Source: an uncultured Thermodesulfobacteriota bacterium (GTDB lineage: Bacteria; Desulfobacterota; WTBG01). Taken from it: DNA of 42,208 nucleotides. Both the position numbers and the translations under genes were made by a program. The notes under the pieces were generated by a model, which searched no databases, was not told where the DNA came from, and was given only the letters and a program-made list of their open reading frames with translations. This document shows positions 1 through 9,745 of the stretch, in pieces. Within the stretch, counting starts at the first letter, position 1; the number at the start of each line of letters is the position of its first letter. Location: positions 1 to 42,208 of the forward strand of contig CAZWCD010000002.1 of assembly GCA_964632275.1 (NCBI GenBank), read 5' to 3'.

Positions 1-2
1 AC

Positions 3-209
3 TGGAAGTCCGGGCAGGACCTGTTCTTTACCATGCAGGACATGCCGCGGGAACGAAGGCCGGTTGCAGATGATGGTGCAATCAAAAAGGAGCTTATCGG
101 CTACTACCAGGAATGGCGGAAGCAGTACAAGTCAGGAAACCTTGCTCGGCAGCTGCAGCTCGACAGCAAAACACAGGACGCATTGAAGAGTCTCGGGTAT
201 TTGCAGTAG
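3..209 (+). CDS. 3' end (68 codons) of a CDS that starts left of the window; hypothetical protein
   Basis: The frame is open from the window edge to TAG 207-209. The tail reads ...KKELIGYYQEWRKQYKSGNLARQLQLDSKTQDALKSLGYLQ*. It is too short for a family call. Confidence 0.5.
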   Translation, partial: WKSGQDLFFTMQDMPRERRPVADDGAIKKELIGYYQEWRKQYKSGNLARQLQLDSKTQDALKSLGYLQ

Positions 210-248
210 CGGGATGCCGGCTGGACTTGTCCATGGGGTCAATACATC

Positions 249-278
249 TGTAGGGGCGACCGGCCGGTCGCCCCTACA
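249..278. repeat. REP-like perfect 30-bp palindrome (family A, copy 1), likely a bidirectional hairpin/terminator
   Basis: TGTAGGGGCGACCGG|CCGGTCGCCCCTACA is a perfect 15+15 inverted repeat 40 nt after the stop of the partial CDS. A near-identical copy lies at 6533..6562. Confidence 0.8.
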
Positions 279-330
279 CGTTCTATCATTTCATGTCGCT
301 TTCACTTTTTTCGTAAACAGTCAAACCTTC

Positions 331-420
331 CTACAGATACCCCAGCGCCTTCAATTTTTCCACCGTTTCCTCCCGCCGCGCTTTTTCCGGGAACGATTCG
401 AGCGGATCCGCTGACGCGGC
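331..420 (-). pseudogene. Possible relic of a C-terminal gene fragment (no usable start codon)
   Basis: The minus-strand frame reads ...AASADPLESFPEKARREETVEKLKALGYL* (stop = cta 331-333). This has the same L-[KS/KA]-LGYL ending as the convergent partial CDS at 3..209. The frame has no ATG before an upstream stop near position 500. Confidence 0.2.
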
Positions 421-441
421 AATCTCACAGCAAAATTATCT

Positions 442-469
442 TTGACTTTTAGGGGATATTCGGTATGAT
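442..469 (+). promoter_or_regulatory. Sigma-70-like promoter candidate for the pyr operon
   Basis: TTGACT (442-447), a 16-nt spacer, then TATGAT (464-469), about 125 nt upstream of the pyrR ATG. Confidence 0.4.
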
Positions 470-478
470 AGGTGCAAA

Positions 479-509
479 CCTTTAATTTAATCCGGCGAGA
501 TTAGAAAGG
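479..509 (+). promoter_or_regulatory. PyrR-binding (anti-antiterminator) hairpin candidate
   Basis: CCTTTAAtttAATCcggcgaGATTagAAAGG: the outer stem CCTTT/AAAGG and inner stem AATC/GATT hold a loop resembling the conserved ARUCCAGAGAGGYU PyrR box. It is preceded by UUUAA. Confidence 0.5.
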
Positions 510-546
510 TCCACATGTTGTTTATAAACCATCAGTATCAGGAGCT

Positions 547-579
547 GCCTCTTTGCCTTCCGGGTGAAGAGGTTTTTTT
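547..579 (+). terminator. Attenuator (intrinsic terminator) in the pyrR leader
   Basis: CCTCTT (548-553) pairs with AAGAGG (567-572) and is followed by seven T (573-579), 12 nt before the pyrR ATG. Confidence 0.6.
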
Positions 580-591
580 GCGAGGTGTCGC

Positions 592-1140
592 ATGCCCAAG
601 GTCCGCAGAAAAAAACAGGTTTTGAACGGGGAAGAGATCGAAAAGAGTTTGAAGAGAATTGCCCATGAGATCGTCGAGAAAAATCGGGAAGGAGGTAATC
701 TGGTTTTCATCGGCATCATGCGGCGGGGGGTCACCCTGGCACGTCGTTTGTCCCGGCTGGTCCGGGATATGGCGCAGGTGGAGGCGCCCATCGGCGCGCT
801 TGACATTACCCTCTACCGGGACGACCTTTCCGAGATCGCCTCGCAGCCGCTGCTGCGAAAAACCGATGTGCCCTTCACGGTGAAGGGCGCCAAGGTGGTG
901 CTGGTGGATGACGTGCTTTTTACCGGGCGGACGGTCAGGGCGGCGCTTGATGCGATTATTGACCTGGGGAGACCCTGCTCCATCCAGCTGGCGGTGCTGC
1001 TGGACCGCGGCCACCGCGAGCTGCCGATCCGGGCGGACTTTGTCGGCAAGAACATACCGACCTCGGCAAGCGAGGTGGTGGAGGTGAAATTGACCGAAGA
1101 TGACGGAGTCGATGAGGTCATGATAGAGGAGGAAGCATAG
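592..1140 (+). CDS. pyrR: Bifunctional pyr operon regulator / uracil phosphoribosyltransferase PyrR
   Basis: 182 aa with PRPP-binding motif [13 protein letters not shown] and N-terminal [16 protein letters not shown] typical of PyrR. RBS GAGGTG. It sits directly upstream of pyrB. Confidence 0.95.
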   Translation: MPKVRRKKQVLNGEEIEKSLKRIAHEIVEKNREGGNLVFIGIMRRGVTLARRLSRLVRDMAQVEAPIGALDITLYRDDLSEIASQPLLRKTDVPFTVKGAKVVLVDDVLFTGRTVRAALDAIIDLGRPCSIQLAVLLDRGHRELPIRADFVGKNIPTSASEVVEVKLTEDDGVDEVMIEEEA

Positions 1141-1141
1141 C

Positions 1142-2059
1142 ATGCCTTTACGCAGCAAGGATCTTCTTACTATTGAGCAGTTAAGCATGGACGAGATTAC
1201 CCTCATCCTGGACACAGCGGATTCAATGAAAGAGATTTCCAGCCGGGATATCAAGAAGGTGCCCACACTGCGGGGAAAGACCGTCATCAACCTTTTTTAT
1301 GAGCCGAGCACCAGAACCCGCACCTCGTTTGAAATCGCCGGCAAGAGGCTGAGCGCGGACGTGGTGAATATCACGACATCGAGCAGCAGCGTGACCAAGG
1401 GAGAAACCTTAAAGGACACGGGAAGGAACCTGCAGGCGATGAGCCCTGATCTGGTGGTCATCAGGCATTCGGCCGCCGGAGCGCCCAAGATTCTCGCCGA
1501 GGCCCTCCCGGCCTCAATTATCAATGCGGGAGACGGCGCCCACCAGCATCCCACCCAGGCCCTCCTGGATGCCTTTACCATCCGCGAGAAAAAGAGGCGG
1601 CTTGAAGGATTGACCGTGTCCATCATCGGGGACATTTCGCACAGCCGGGTGGCCCGGTCCAATATTGCATGCCTGAAAAAAGTCGGAGCGAGAGTGATAG
1701 TGTACGGCCCTTTCACCATGATACCGTATTTTATCGAGCAACTGGGGGTGGAAGTTGCCCCCACCATGGAAACGGCGGTTGCCGAAGCCGACGTGATTAT
1801 GATGCTCCGCATTCAAATGGAGCGGCAGAGCGCCTTCCTGTTCCCATCGATCCGGGAATATTCAACCTGTTTCGGATTAAATCGTGAGCGGCTCAAAAAG
1901 GCCAAAAGGGACGTGCTGATCATGCATCCGGGCCCGGTCAACCGGGGCGTGGAAATAGCGCCGGAGGTTGCCGACGGTCCCCATGCGCTTATTCTCGAGC
2001 AAGTGGCCAACGGCGTGGCAGTGAGGATGGCCCTGTTATATCTCTTAATAGGACGATAG
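1142..2059 (+). CDS. pyrB: Aspartate carbamoyltransferase catalytic subunit
   Basis: 305 aa with carbamoyl-phosphate motif [17 protein letters not shown] and the HPGP region. RBS GAGGAGGA. It starts 1 nt after the pyrR stop. Confidence 0.95.
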   Translation: MPLRSKDLLTIEQLSMDEITLILDTADSMKEISSRDIKKVPTLRGKTVINLFYEPSTRTRTSFEIAGKRLSADVVNITTSSSSVTKGETLKDTGRNLQAMSPDLVVIRHSAAGAPKILAEALPASIINAGDGAHQHPTQALLDAFTIREKKRRLEGLTVSIIGDISHSRVARSNIACLKKVGARVIVYGPFTMIPYFIEQLGVEVAPTMETAVAEADVIMMLRIQMERQSAFLFPSIREYSTCFGLNRERLKKAKRDVLIMHPGPVNRGVEIAPEVADGPHALILEQVANGVAVRMALLYLLIGR

Positions 2060-2068
2060 GAGGCAGCG

Positions 2069-3367
2069 ATGTTACTGATACGCGGCGGGCGGGTTATCGA
2101 TCCGCTCAACGGAGTGGATGACTACCTTTCGATCGTGGTCACCGATGGAACCATCACCGACCTGTTCCGCACCGATGAACAGCCTCAACATCAGACGCTT
2201 GCCGGGGCGCGTATCATTAATGCGGAGGGGTGCCTGGTGGTCCCCGGCCTGATTGACATGCACGTGCACCTCCGCGAACCCGGCCATGAGTACAAGGAAA
2301 CCATCGAGAGCGGCTGCCGGGCGGCCGCCGCGGGAGGGTTCACCTCGGTGGCATGCATGCCCAACACCAACCCGGTTAACGACAATCAGGCGGTGACGGA
2401 TTATATTCTCGAGCGGGCGGCAAAAAGCGGCTGCGTCAATGTGTATCCGGTGGGCGCCATAACCGTTGGACTGAAGGGCGAATGCCTCGCGCCCATGGGG
2501 GAACTCAGGGGGGCGGGTGCGGTGGCGGTGTCCGATGACGGCAAGACCGTCAAAAACAGCGAATTAATGCGGCGGGCCATGGAATACGCAAAGAATTTTA
2601 ACCTGCCGGTCATCTGTCACTGCGAGGATGTTGATTTGGTGGGAAGCGGCGTCATCAACGAGGGATCCACCTCCATGCGAATTGGGCTCAAGGGAATCCC
2701 TAATGCTGCCGAAGATATAATAGTCGCACGCGAAGTCAGCCTTGCAGAACTGACCGGCTGCCGAATCCATATCGCTCACGTAAGCACGAAAGGTGCGGTT
2801 GCAATTATCCGGGAGGCAAAATCCCGGGGGGTCAACGTGACCGCCGAAACCGCCCCGCACTATTTTACCCTGAGTGATGACTGCCTGAAATCATTTGACA
2901 CCAATTGCAAAGTGAACCCGCCGCTCCGCAGCGAAAAGGACGTTCAGGCAATCCGCCAGGCGTTGACGCAGGGCGTCATTGATGTGATCGCAACCGATCA
3001 TGCCCCGCACTCATCGCTGGAGAAGGATGTGGAATTTGACTATGCCTCGTCCGGCATCGTCGGGCTGGAGACGGCGCTGCCCCTGGTGTTACGGCTGGTC
3101 AAGGAAGGGGTGCTGACGCAGAAGGACCTGGTTGAGAAATGTTCGGTTAATCCGGCAAAAATTCTCGGGATAGCCAAAGGCAGCCTTGGCCGGGGAGGTG
3201 ACGCGGACATTACCGTCATCGATCCTGCTTCGACAGGGCGGGTTGATGTCAATCGCTTTCAATCAAAAAGCCGCAACACTCCCTTTCACGGCTGGGAACT
3301 GGAAGGCAAGGCGCTGTATACGATCGTCAAAGGGAAGGTCGTGGCGGAAGCAACGCACCCGGAATAG
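2069..3367 (+). CDS. pyrC: Dihydroorotase (class I, about 430 aa)
   Basis: 432 aa with metal-binding [10 protein letters not shown], a later DHAPH, and RBS AGGAGG. Confidence 0.92.
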   Translation: MLLIRGGRVIDPLNGVDDYLSIVVTDGTITDLFRTDEQPQHQTLAGARIINAEGCLVVPGLIDMHVHLREPGHEYKETIESGCRAAAAGGFTSVACMPNTNPVNDNQAVTDYILERAAKSGCVNVYPVGAITVGLKGECLAPMGELRGAGAVAVSDDGKTVKNSELMRRAMEYAKNFNLPVICHCEDVDLVGSGVINEGSTSMRIGLKGIPNAAEDIIVAREVSLAELTGCRIHIAHVSTKGAVAIIREAKSRGVNVTAETAPHYFTLSDDCLKSFDTNCKVNPPLRSEKDVQAIRQALTQGVIDVIATDHAPHSSLEKDVEFDYASSGIVGLETALPLVLRLVKEGVLTQKDLVEKCSVNPAKILGIAKGSLGRGGDADITVIDPASTGRVDVNRFQSKSRNTPFHGWELEGKALYTIVKGKVVAEATHPE

Positions 3368-3394
3368 CGCACAGGACCAATTGTGAGGTAATCC

Positions 3395-4783
3395 ATGCAT
3401 ACTATTTTGGTGGTTGATGATGAGCCGAGCATCAGGGAATGCCTTCAGATAATGCTGAAGCGCGAGGGCTACGCCGTTACCTGCGCGGAGGACGGCCGGG
3501 ATGCGATCACCCTGTTTGAAAAAAAACATTTCGATGTGGTGCTGGCCGATATCAGGATGCCCCGCGCCACCGGTTTTGAGGTGCTCAACCGCATCAAAGA
3601 GCTGTCTCCCCAGACCAAGGTGATCATGATAACCGCGCATGCGTCATTTGAATCGGCGGTGGAGTCGATGAAGGATGGCGCCTACGATTACATTGCCAAG
3701 CCCTTTAATGTCGACGAAGTAAAGCGGACGGTCAGCAACGCCCTGCAATCAGTGCCGCTCAACGAGCGACACGCGCCCGCCGCCAGGAGCGCGAAAGATG
3801 CCCCCGCGCACTTCGAGGGCATCGTCAGCATGAGCCCGGAAATGCATAAAATATTTGATCTGATTCCCAAGGCGGCTGCTTCAAAGGCCAATGTGCTGAT
3901 CACCGGCGAGAGCGGCACCGGCAAGGAACTGGTGGCTCGCGCCATTCATAACCACAGCCCGCGTATGACCGGTCCTTTTGTGACGATGAATTGCGGCGGC
4001 GTGCCGGAACAGCTGCTGGAAAGCGAGCTGTTCGGCTATACAAAGGGATCATTTACCGGCGCGGTGACTGATAAAATAGGCCTCTTTCAGGCGGCCGACG
4101 GGGGAACCATCTTCATGGATGAAATCGGAGACCTTCCCCTCCAGCTGCAGGTGAAGCTGCTCAGGATCGTTCAGGAAAAATCGTTCAAGCCGGTGGGCGG
4201 CATCCAGGAAATCAAGGTTGATGTGCGGATCATATCCGCGACCAACATCGATCTTGAAGAGCGGGTGATGAATGGGGCATTCCGCGAAGACCTGTTTTAC
4301 CGCCTGAATGTGATACAGGTTCGCATTCCGCCGCTGCGGGAGCGCACGATGGACATACCGCTCCTGGCCCGGCATTTTCTCAAAAAGTATTCACAGGAAC
4401 AGGGCAAGGAAATCCGCACCATTTCGGCTTATGCCCTGCAAGTCCTCATGGAGTACACCTTTCCCGGGAATGTGCGTGAGCTTGAAAACATTGTTGAAAG
4501 GAGCGTGGCGCTGGAAAGCTCAAATATCATTCTTCCCGAGAGCCTCACCCTTTCCCGCTATAAGCAGGAGGCCAAGAAAAGTGAGTTGATTGATGCCGAC
4601 ATTCCGCCCGAGGGAATTGACCTGGCCGAAGCGGTGGGGACCCTGGAAAAGCACCTGCTGCGCAAGGCCCTGCAGAAAACCAACGGCGAAATGAAAAAGG
4701 CCGCGCAATTGCTGCACATACCCTATCGTGCCATTCGTTACCGCATGGAAAAGTACGGCATGAAGGACGCGGGGGTCATGTAA
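3395..4783 (+). CDS. Sigma-54-dependent response regulator, NtrC/PilR family (REC + AAA+ + Fis-type HTH)
   Basis: 462 aa. Receiver domain (DDEPSIRE...D at ADIRMP). AAA+ Walker A GESGTGKE, ESELFGY, GSFTGA (GAFTGA-like sigma-54 contact loop). C-terminal HTH AAQLLHIPYRAIRYRMEKYG. Confidence 0.9.
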   Translation: MHTILVVDDEPSIRECLQIMLKREGYAVTCAEDGRDAITLFEKKHFDVVLADIRMPRATGFEVLNRIKELSPQTKVIMITAHASFESAVESMKDGAYDYIAKPFNVDEVKRTVSNALQSVPLNERHAPAARSAKDAPAHFEGIVSMSPEMHKIFDLIPKAAASKANVLITGESGTGKELVARAIHNHSPRMTGPFVTMNCGGVPEQLLESELFGYTKGSFTGAVTDKIGLFQAADGGTIFMDEIGDLPLQLQVKLLRIVQEKSFKPVGGIQEIKVDVRIISATNIDLEERVMNGAFREDLFYRLNVIQVRIPPLRERTMDIPLLARHFLKKYSQEQGKEIRTISAYALQVLMEYTFPGNVRELENIVERSVALESSNIILPESLTLSRYKQEAKKSELIDADIPPEGIDLAEAVGTLEKHLLRKALQKTNGEMKKAAQLLHIPYRAIRYRMEKYGMKDAGVM

Positions 4784-4786
4784 AAC

Positions 4787-6496
4787 GTGATATTTCGTTC
4801 CGAGATAACAGAATCGCGAGATGTACTGCTGGCGAGAATCAAGTGGCTGATGAGCCTGCGGCTGGTCTTGGCCACTTTTTCATTGGGAACGGCAGCGCTG
4901 ATCCAGATTACCGCAGGCAAGCCGTATCTCGATTCCTACCTGCTCAGCCTGTACCTGCTCATCGGTATAATCTACTGCCTCAGCCTGAGCTATGCCTTTG
5001 TCATCCGGAAGGCTAAGGATCTCCAGACCTTTGCCTTTATCCAGCTTTTTCTTGATATCCTGCTGATCAGCGGCCTGGTTAGGGTGACCGGCGGGGTTGC
5101 CAGCGATTTTACCCTCTTCTATTACTTGTCCATTATTGCCGCCGGCATCATTCTCTATCGTAAGGGCAGCATGGTTCTTGCCTCGGCGGCAAGTCTCTTC
5201 TATGCCCTGGTATGTGCCTTGGAATATTTCGGCATGGTAGATGGCGTGCCGGCGGGAAAGGTGCGGGAGGCGGTGCCGCTGCTCTTTTCCGTGGTCATGC
5301 GGGTAACCGCCTTTTACCTGGTCGCCTTGTTAAGCGGTTTTCTCTCGGAGCAGGTGCGGCAATCGCGGGCGGCGCTGCGGTTGAAGGAGAGCGATTATCA
5401 CCGGCTGGAAGCGCTGCACAAAAATATCATCCAGAGCATCAACAGCGGCCTGCTCACCATAGACCGGGACATGAACATTACCTTCTTTAACCGGGCCGCG
5501 GAGGCGCTCACCGGCTATTCCTTTTCCGCAGTACAGGGCCGCTTGATCGGGGAGGTCTTTCCCGGCTTGCTGCAGGCGGCCGCGGGCGCAGATGCCACCA
5601 ATGGCAGCGGTGACGACGTGCCCCGTGCCCGTTTTGAAATATCGTTCCGGCGGAATGACGGCAGGCAGGTCTATCTGGGTTTTTCAAAATCGGCGCTGAA
5701 AGACGGCGACCGGGAACAGCAGGGTGAGGTGTATACCTTTCAGGACGTTACGCGGTTCAAGGAGATGGAGGAACAGGTAAAGATCATGGACCGGCTGGCG
5801 GCGGTGGGCAGGCTGGCCTCGGGCATGGCGCACGAGATTCGCAACCCCCTGGCATCCATGAGCGGCTCCATTCAAATTCTCGGACAGAGCCTGCAGCTTG
5901 ATGATGACAACAAGCGGCTCATGGATATCGTGCTCAAGGAAACCAACCGTCTGGACCAGCTGCTGACGGATTTTGTGCTCTTCACCCACCCGGATCAGAG
6001 AAAAAAGAAGCAGATCGAGCTGAATACGGTTATCATGGATACGGTAGAGCTCTTCCTGAGCAATCCCGACCATCATTTGATCACGGTAATGCCCGATCTC
6101 AACGGATCGATTGTGCTGGAGGCCGATCCTCACCAGATCGAGCAAGTGCTGTGGAACCTTTTTGTTAATGCGCACCAGGCAATGGGCCAGGGAGGAAATC
6201 TGACCGTAACAACTAAACAATTGGCGCCATCTGATCTCAAGGATCTGCGTCAGAAGATTCCCGGCAGCGCTGAAGTGCCCTCCTGGGTTCAGCTTACCGT
6301 GGCCGACACCGGCTGCGGCATTGATGAAGCTGATATGGATAAGGTCTTTGACCCGTTTTTCACCACCAAACCCAGGGGAAGCGGACTGGGGCTCGCCATC
6401 GTCTACAGCATCATTGAAAGTTACAAGGGACAGGTGTCATTGAAAAGTCAGAAGGACCAGGGCACCACCTTTACCATCCTGCTGCCTGCAGCCTGA
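4787..6496 (+). CDS. Sensor histidine kinase, PilS-like (multi-TM N-terminus, PAS, HisKA, HATPase_c); GTG start
   Basis: 569 aa with about 6 predicted TM helices. These include DILLISGLVRVTGGVASDFTLFYYLSIIAAG, a pattern I associate with PilS-type sensors. PAS region (INSGLLTIDRDMNITFFNRAAEALTGY), H-box MAHEIRNPLAS, G-boxes DTGCGI and GSGLGLA. It starts 4 nt after the regulator stop. Confidence 0.85.
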   Translation: MIFRSEITESRDVLLARIKWLMSLRLVLATFSLGTAALIQITAGKPYLDSYLLSLYLLIGIIYCLSLSYAFVIRKAKDLQTFAFIQLFLDILLISGLVRVTGGVASDFTLFYYLSIIAAGIILYRKGSMVLASAASLFYALVCALEYFGMVDGVPAGKVREAVPLLFSVVMRVTAFYLVALLSGFLSEQVRQSRAALRLKESDYHRLEALHKNIIQSINSGLLTIDRDMNITFFNRAAEALTGYSFSAVQGRLIGEVFPGLLQAAAGADATNGSGDDVPRARFEISFRRNDGRQVYLGFSKSALKDGDREQQGEVYTFQDVTRFKEMEEQVKIMDRLAAVGRLASGMAHEIRNPLASMSGSIQILGQSLQLDDDNKRLMDIVLKETNRLDQLLTDFVLFTHPDQRKKKQIELNTVIMDTVELFLSNPDHHLITVMPDLNGSIVLEADPHQIEQVLWNLFVNAHQAMGQGGNLTVTTKQLAPSDLKDLRQKIPGSAEVPSWVQLTVADTGCGIDEADMDKVFDPFFTTKPRGSGLGLAIVYSIIESYKGQVSLKSQKDQGTTFTILLPAA

Positions 6497-6532
6497 TCGT
6501 GTTGAAACACCGGGATGTTATGTTTATAGGAA

Positions 6533-6562
6533 TAAAGGGGCGACCGGCCGGTCGCCCTTACA
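6533..6562. repeat. REP-like palindrome (family A, copy 2) between convergent genes
   Basis: The core GGGCGACCGG|CCGGTCGCCC (6538-6557) matches the core of copy 1, and the flanks ...AAAG / CTTACA are slightly degenerate. It lies between the kinase stop (6496) and the minus-strand gene end (6575). Confidence 0.75.
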
Positions 6563-6574
6563 AGCATGTAGAGG

Positions 6575-8005
6575 TTAGGAACCTGAGGTGTATACAGGCG
6601 AGGCGCGGAATACCGTGCGGAAGGGATCGATGCGGTATCCCCGTTCTTGCAATTCAGAGAACAGGGAGGCATCATACTTCAGGAGCCATAGTTCCTTTCC
6701 ACTCAGCGTTGCCCGGTTGATTGCCTCGAGGCTCTGTGCGCGCCTGGCATCGCCCCATGTCCCCGATAGCCATTCCTTATTAATCCACTTACCGGTATAG
6801 GAAGCTCCGCAAAGATAATGTTCAAAAAGAATGCCCTCCGTCCACGGACCAACGACAATAAAATCGGGCTGTGCGGCATGCTTAAGAGCGTAAACCGTCT
6901 TGCGGTATTCTTCAAATCGTGCACTGATGTTCAAGATCTGATTGCGGGTGATGAATCCTGAGCAGGTTACAGAAATAATAAAAAAAAGATACACGGCTGC
7001 GGTAAAAAGGCGGCTTTTATGGCGCACAACATTGATAACCGATTGAAAGCCCAATCCGCCCACAATGCACATGAGTGCATAAAAGGGAAGTTGCACCGGT
7101 ACATCGCCAAAACGCTCTCCGGCGACAAAGGTAAAAAGCCAGATGCAGAAAATGGTCGGCCCCCAGTCACGATACCTTCTGCATCTGATCAATTCGATTG
7201 TTCCGGCGATCAGGAAGGGTACATACCAGAGCATGGTTGAAAAAAATTCGCGGTATTCCTTCAAGAGCGCAGCGCTGATTGCAAGTGACGCACGTGATGC
7301 TTTCAGGAGGCCTCGTCCTCCCACAAAGTAGTCAGGAGCAACGGCGGAGACTGCGACAATAATAATAATGAGAGCACTAAAGGCAAATCTGGTGAGCAGC
7401 GGTCTCTCTTTCCGGAACGGAACGAGCATGGCGAGGCCGAAGACGGCACTCGGGGTGATGAGAAAGGAAAGGGCGTAGGATATGCCCGCAATGGCCGGCT
7501 TGTTGTAGAGAAGCAGGACAATCGAGAGGAGAAAGAAAAACAACTGTGCACCGTAAACTTCAGCAAAAACAGCGTTAGCGGTGAAGAGCGGATTGCTGAA
7601 CAAGATAAAGCATGCTGCAAACGATGCCAACCTGTTTTCGGTGAGAGAGGATGTGATCAGAAAAAGTACCGATATGCTGAGGGCAGCGCAGAAGCAGCTC
7701 ATGAGATTCAAGGCATAATCCGGAGGCAGTGGCAGGAGATGGATGAAGGGTAATCCAAGAAGGTAATATCCAAGGTGCACGGTTCGGTGCGTTACATCGA
7801 GGTCATGTATCTGCTGGAGGTAAAGGGCGGCATCGCCGCCCGTCAGGACCCGGGGAGCAAGCAGAGCGAAATAAAAAAATAAACAAAGAAAGAAGAGTGC
7901 AGAACAAATGCGCGAATTTTGAAGAAGCGCCTCAATGGAAAGACGATTCAAGAAGCTGCACGCAGGCTTTGTATCAGAACGTAATGTTGCGTTGTATAAT
8001 TTCAT
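6575..8005 (-). CDS. Polytopic membrane protein with a C-terminal soluble domain; GT-C-like (DUF2723/PMT-like?), function unknown
   Basis: 476 aa with about 11 hydrophobic helices. The first loop is APRVLTGGDAALYLQQIHDLD, and a C-terminal domain of about 110 aa is hydrophilic. Its ATG overlaps the upstream gene stop (ATGA at 8002-8005). Confidence 0.55.
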   Translation of the reverse strand: MKLYNATLRSDTKPACSFLNRLSIEALLQNSRICSALFFLCLFFYFALLAPRVLTGGDAALYLQQIHDLDVTHRTVHLGYYLLGLPFIHLLPLPPDYALNLMSCFCAALSISVLFLITSSLTENRLASFAACFILFSNPLFTANAVFAEVYGAQLFFFLLSIVLLLYNKPAIAGISYALSFLITPSAVFGLAMLVPFRKERPLLTRFAFSALIIIIVAVSAVAPDYFVGGRGLLKASRASLAISAALLKEYREFFSTMLWYVPFLIAGTIELIRCRRYRDWGPTIFCIWLFTFVAGERFGDVPVQLPFYALMCIVGGLGFQSVINVVRHKSRLFTAAVYLFFIISVTCSGFITRNQILNISARFEEYRKTVYALKHAAQPDFIVVGPWTEGILFEHYLCGASYTGKWINKEWLSGTWGDARRAQSLEAINRATLSGKELWLLKYDASLFSELQERGYRIDPFRTVFRASPVYTSGS

Positions 8006-9678
8006 CGATCCTGCCAGCCGCCATTCATGGTTGCCTGTTTCACGTATACATCCGCTTCAGGGTTGTGGCCCAATTGCCTTAAAATAATTCCCAATCGATT
8101 ATCCACCGTTGCCGGATTTGCAACAAAAGGGCGGGCCTCTTGTAACAGCAAGGATGCCTCTTCCAGCCTGCCGGTCTGAACCAGACTGGTTGCAAGTAAT
8201 ACTTTAACTGATGCAGCATATTGTTTAGAAAAATAAACGGGAGTATATCCCAGGGCTGATGTGAATGCATGTAGTGCCTGCTCCGGTTGGTTGCGTTCCT
8301 GATAGATGATGCCGAGGTTCTTATAGGCGGTATAAAAATTTTTAACCGGCTCGAAGTACCGCGGGTCTTCTCGCCGGTTTACCGGTACAGGAGCCATAAC
8401 TTTAACCGTGCTTTGGAGGAAGGAGAGGGGGGTTTTATAGTCATGATTTCTGTTGATGGTGCCGGCAGCGTACAATAATGCAATCAGCATGGTTCCGCAC
8501 AACGCAATGCGCCTATACCCGGCGCTGCTGATGGAGCGCGCTTGCATGCCCCGATCAACAATAAGAGAAAGGCTGAGGCAAAACCCAATAGAGGGGAGGT
8601 ACAGGTAGTTCTCTTTCGCCAACGCCGGAAGCGTCACGATGTTGAGAACGGGAAGTAGGGTGATCAAAAGCCAGCCCAGTGCAAAACCGAGCATGCGGAA
8701 GCGAGGTAATGAAGCTGCTGTTGCCGCCAGGAACAAGATGCTTGTCCAGGTAAGCGGTGAAGTGAGCGCCTCGCTCAAGGAGCCGGGAACGACTATATTG
8801 CTGTAATAGCAAAGCTGAACTGGGAACAAGAGTTTCACAAGATAAAATCCCAACGTTTTCAAAACCAGCCATACCTGTTGGCTGAATGAATACCAGGGCA
8901 GGGCGGCGTGCGGGCTTCCGCTGCCGACTGCAACATTTCGTAAGACAAGGTAGCACAGAGCAGTTGCCATCACACCCAATAAGGGCGCGATAAAGGATCG
9001 ATCCTTCCAGGAGAATCGATGCGCATCGCAGAAGAAACAGTAGAGAATATATGCCAGCGGCAGGGTTATTGCAATCTCCTTGCACAGCAGCGCACAGAAG
9101 AAACAGAGACAGGCACCCGCAAGCGGCAGTTTTGCAACGGCAGCAGATTGCGACTGCCTGCTATTTATAAGCAGGATGAATGACCAGAGGTAGAACAGGG
9201 TGGCAAGAATGTCCGTACGGCCCATAACATACGAAACCGAATGGGTATGGATGGGATGAACCGCAAATAAAGCTGCGCCGGCAAATGCCGGCCAGCGCCT
9301 GCCGGAAAGGAACGAGAGAAACAGTAGGTACACGGTGATTGTAACAAGGCAATGAAACAATATGTTGCTGAGATGATGGCCGGCGGGATTGAGCCCGTAC
9401 AATGTAAAGTCGACGAAATGGGTGAGTATTACAAGGGGACGATAATAGATGAATGATTCACCGCCAAGCTTTCCCCAGTAGTCTGAAGTGAATGAATTCA
9501 GAACAGTGCTGAATTCGCCGATATGTTTATTTCGCAGGATAAATTGGCGATCACCCGCAACGAAATCGTTGCCAAGGGTGTTCCAGTAAACCACTGCCGC
9601 GAGCAGGATCAATAGGGGAAGAATGTACCTCTGGAGCCATTTTCCCAAGGCTGTGTCTTCCATGATTATTGGTTGCAT
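8002..9678 (-). CDS. TMTC-like GT-C membrane protein (DUF1736-type core) with C-terminal TPR repeats; putative protein O-mannosyltransferase-like
   Basis: 558 aa. Motifs: NTLGNDFVAGDRQFILRNKHI ... YYRPLVILTHFVDFTLYGLNPAGHHLSNILFHC ... AVHPIHTHSVSYVMGRTDILATLF, then TPR-like repeats (YKNLGIIYQERNQPEQALHAFTSAL...). It is a paralog of 11640..13703. Confidence 0.65.
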   Translation of the reverse strand: MQPIIMEDTALGKWLQRYILPLLILLAAVVYWNTLGNDFVAGDRQFILRNKHIGEFSTVLNSFTSDYWGKLGGESFIYYRPLVILTHFVDFTLYGLNPAGHHLSNILFHCLVTITVYLLFLSFLSGRRWPAFAGAALFAVHPIHTHSVSYVMGRTDILATLFYLWSFILLINSRQSQSAAVAKLPLAGACLCFFCALLCKEIAITLPLAYILYCFFCDAHRFSWKDRSFIAPLLGVMATALCYLVLRNVAVGSGSPHAALPWYSFSQQVWLVLKTLGFYLVKLLFPVQLCYYSNIVVPGSLSEALTSPLTWTSILFLAATAASLPRFRMLGFALGWLLITLLPVLNIVTLPALAKENYLYLPSIGFCLSLSLIVDRGMQARSISSAGYRRIALCGTMLIALLYAAGTINRNHDYKTPLSFLQSTVKVMAPVPVNRREDPRYFEPVKNFYTAYKNLGIIYQERNQPEQALHAFTSALGYTPVYFSKQYAASVKVLLATSLVQTGRLEEASLLLQEARPFVANPATVDNRLGIILRQLGHNPEADVYVKQATMNGGWQDR

Positions 9679-9745
9679 GGCTGAGATAAAGCTGAATTCT
9701 TTGAATTAAGGATACCTCTAAAAATTCACGCGATCCACTAGCGTT

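Noticed and set aside
214-414. 66-aa plus-strand ORF (…VGATGRSPLHV…)
   Set aside because: It reads straight through the 30-bp REP-A palindrome. The same pseudo-peptide appears at the second copy (6448..6675, minus strand), so it is a repeat artefact.
538-1290. 250-aa minus-strand ORF covering pyrR and the start of pyrB
   Set aside because: It is antisense to two genes with unmistakable family motifs. The product is Arg/Pro/Gly-rich and low in complexity, as is typical of shadow ORFs in GC-rich DNA.
5684-6220. 178-aa minus-strand ORF inside the histidine kinase gene
   Set aside because: This is a shadow ORF opposite the HisKA/HATPase region. It has no RBS and no recognisable motif.
8555-9085. 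176-aa minus-strand ORF in an alternative frame within 8002..9678
   Set aside because: It is fully nested in the longer, motif-bearing TMTC-like ORF on the same strand. It has no independent support.
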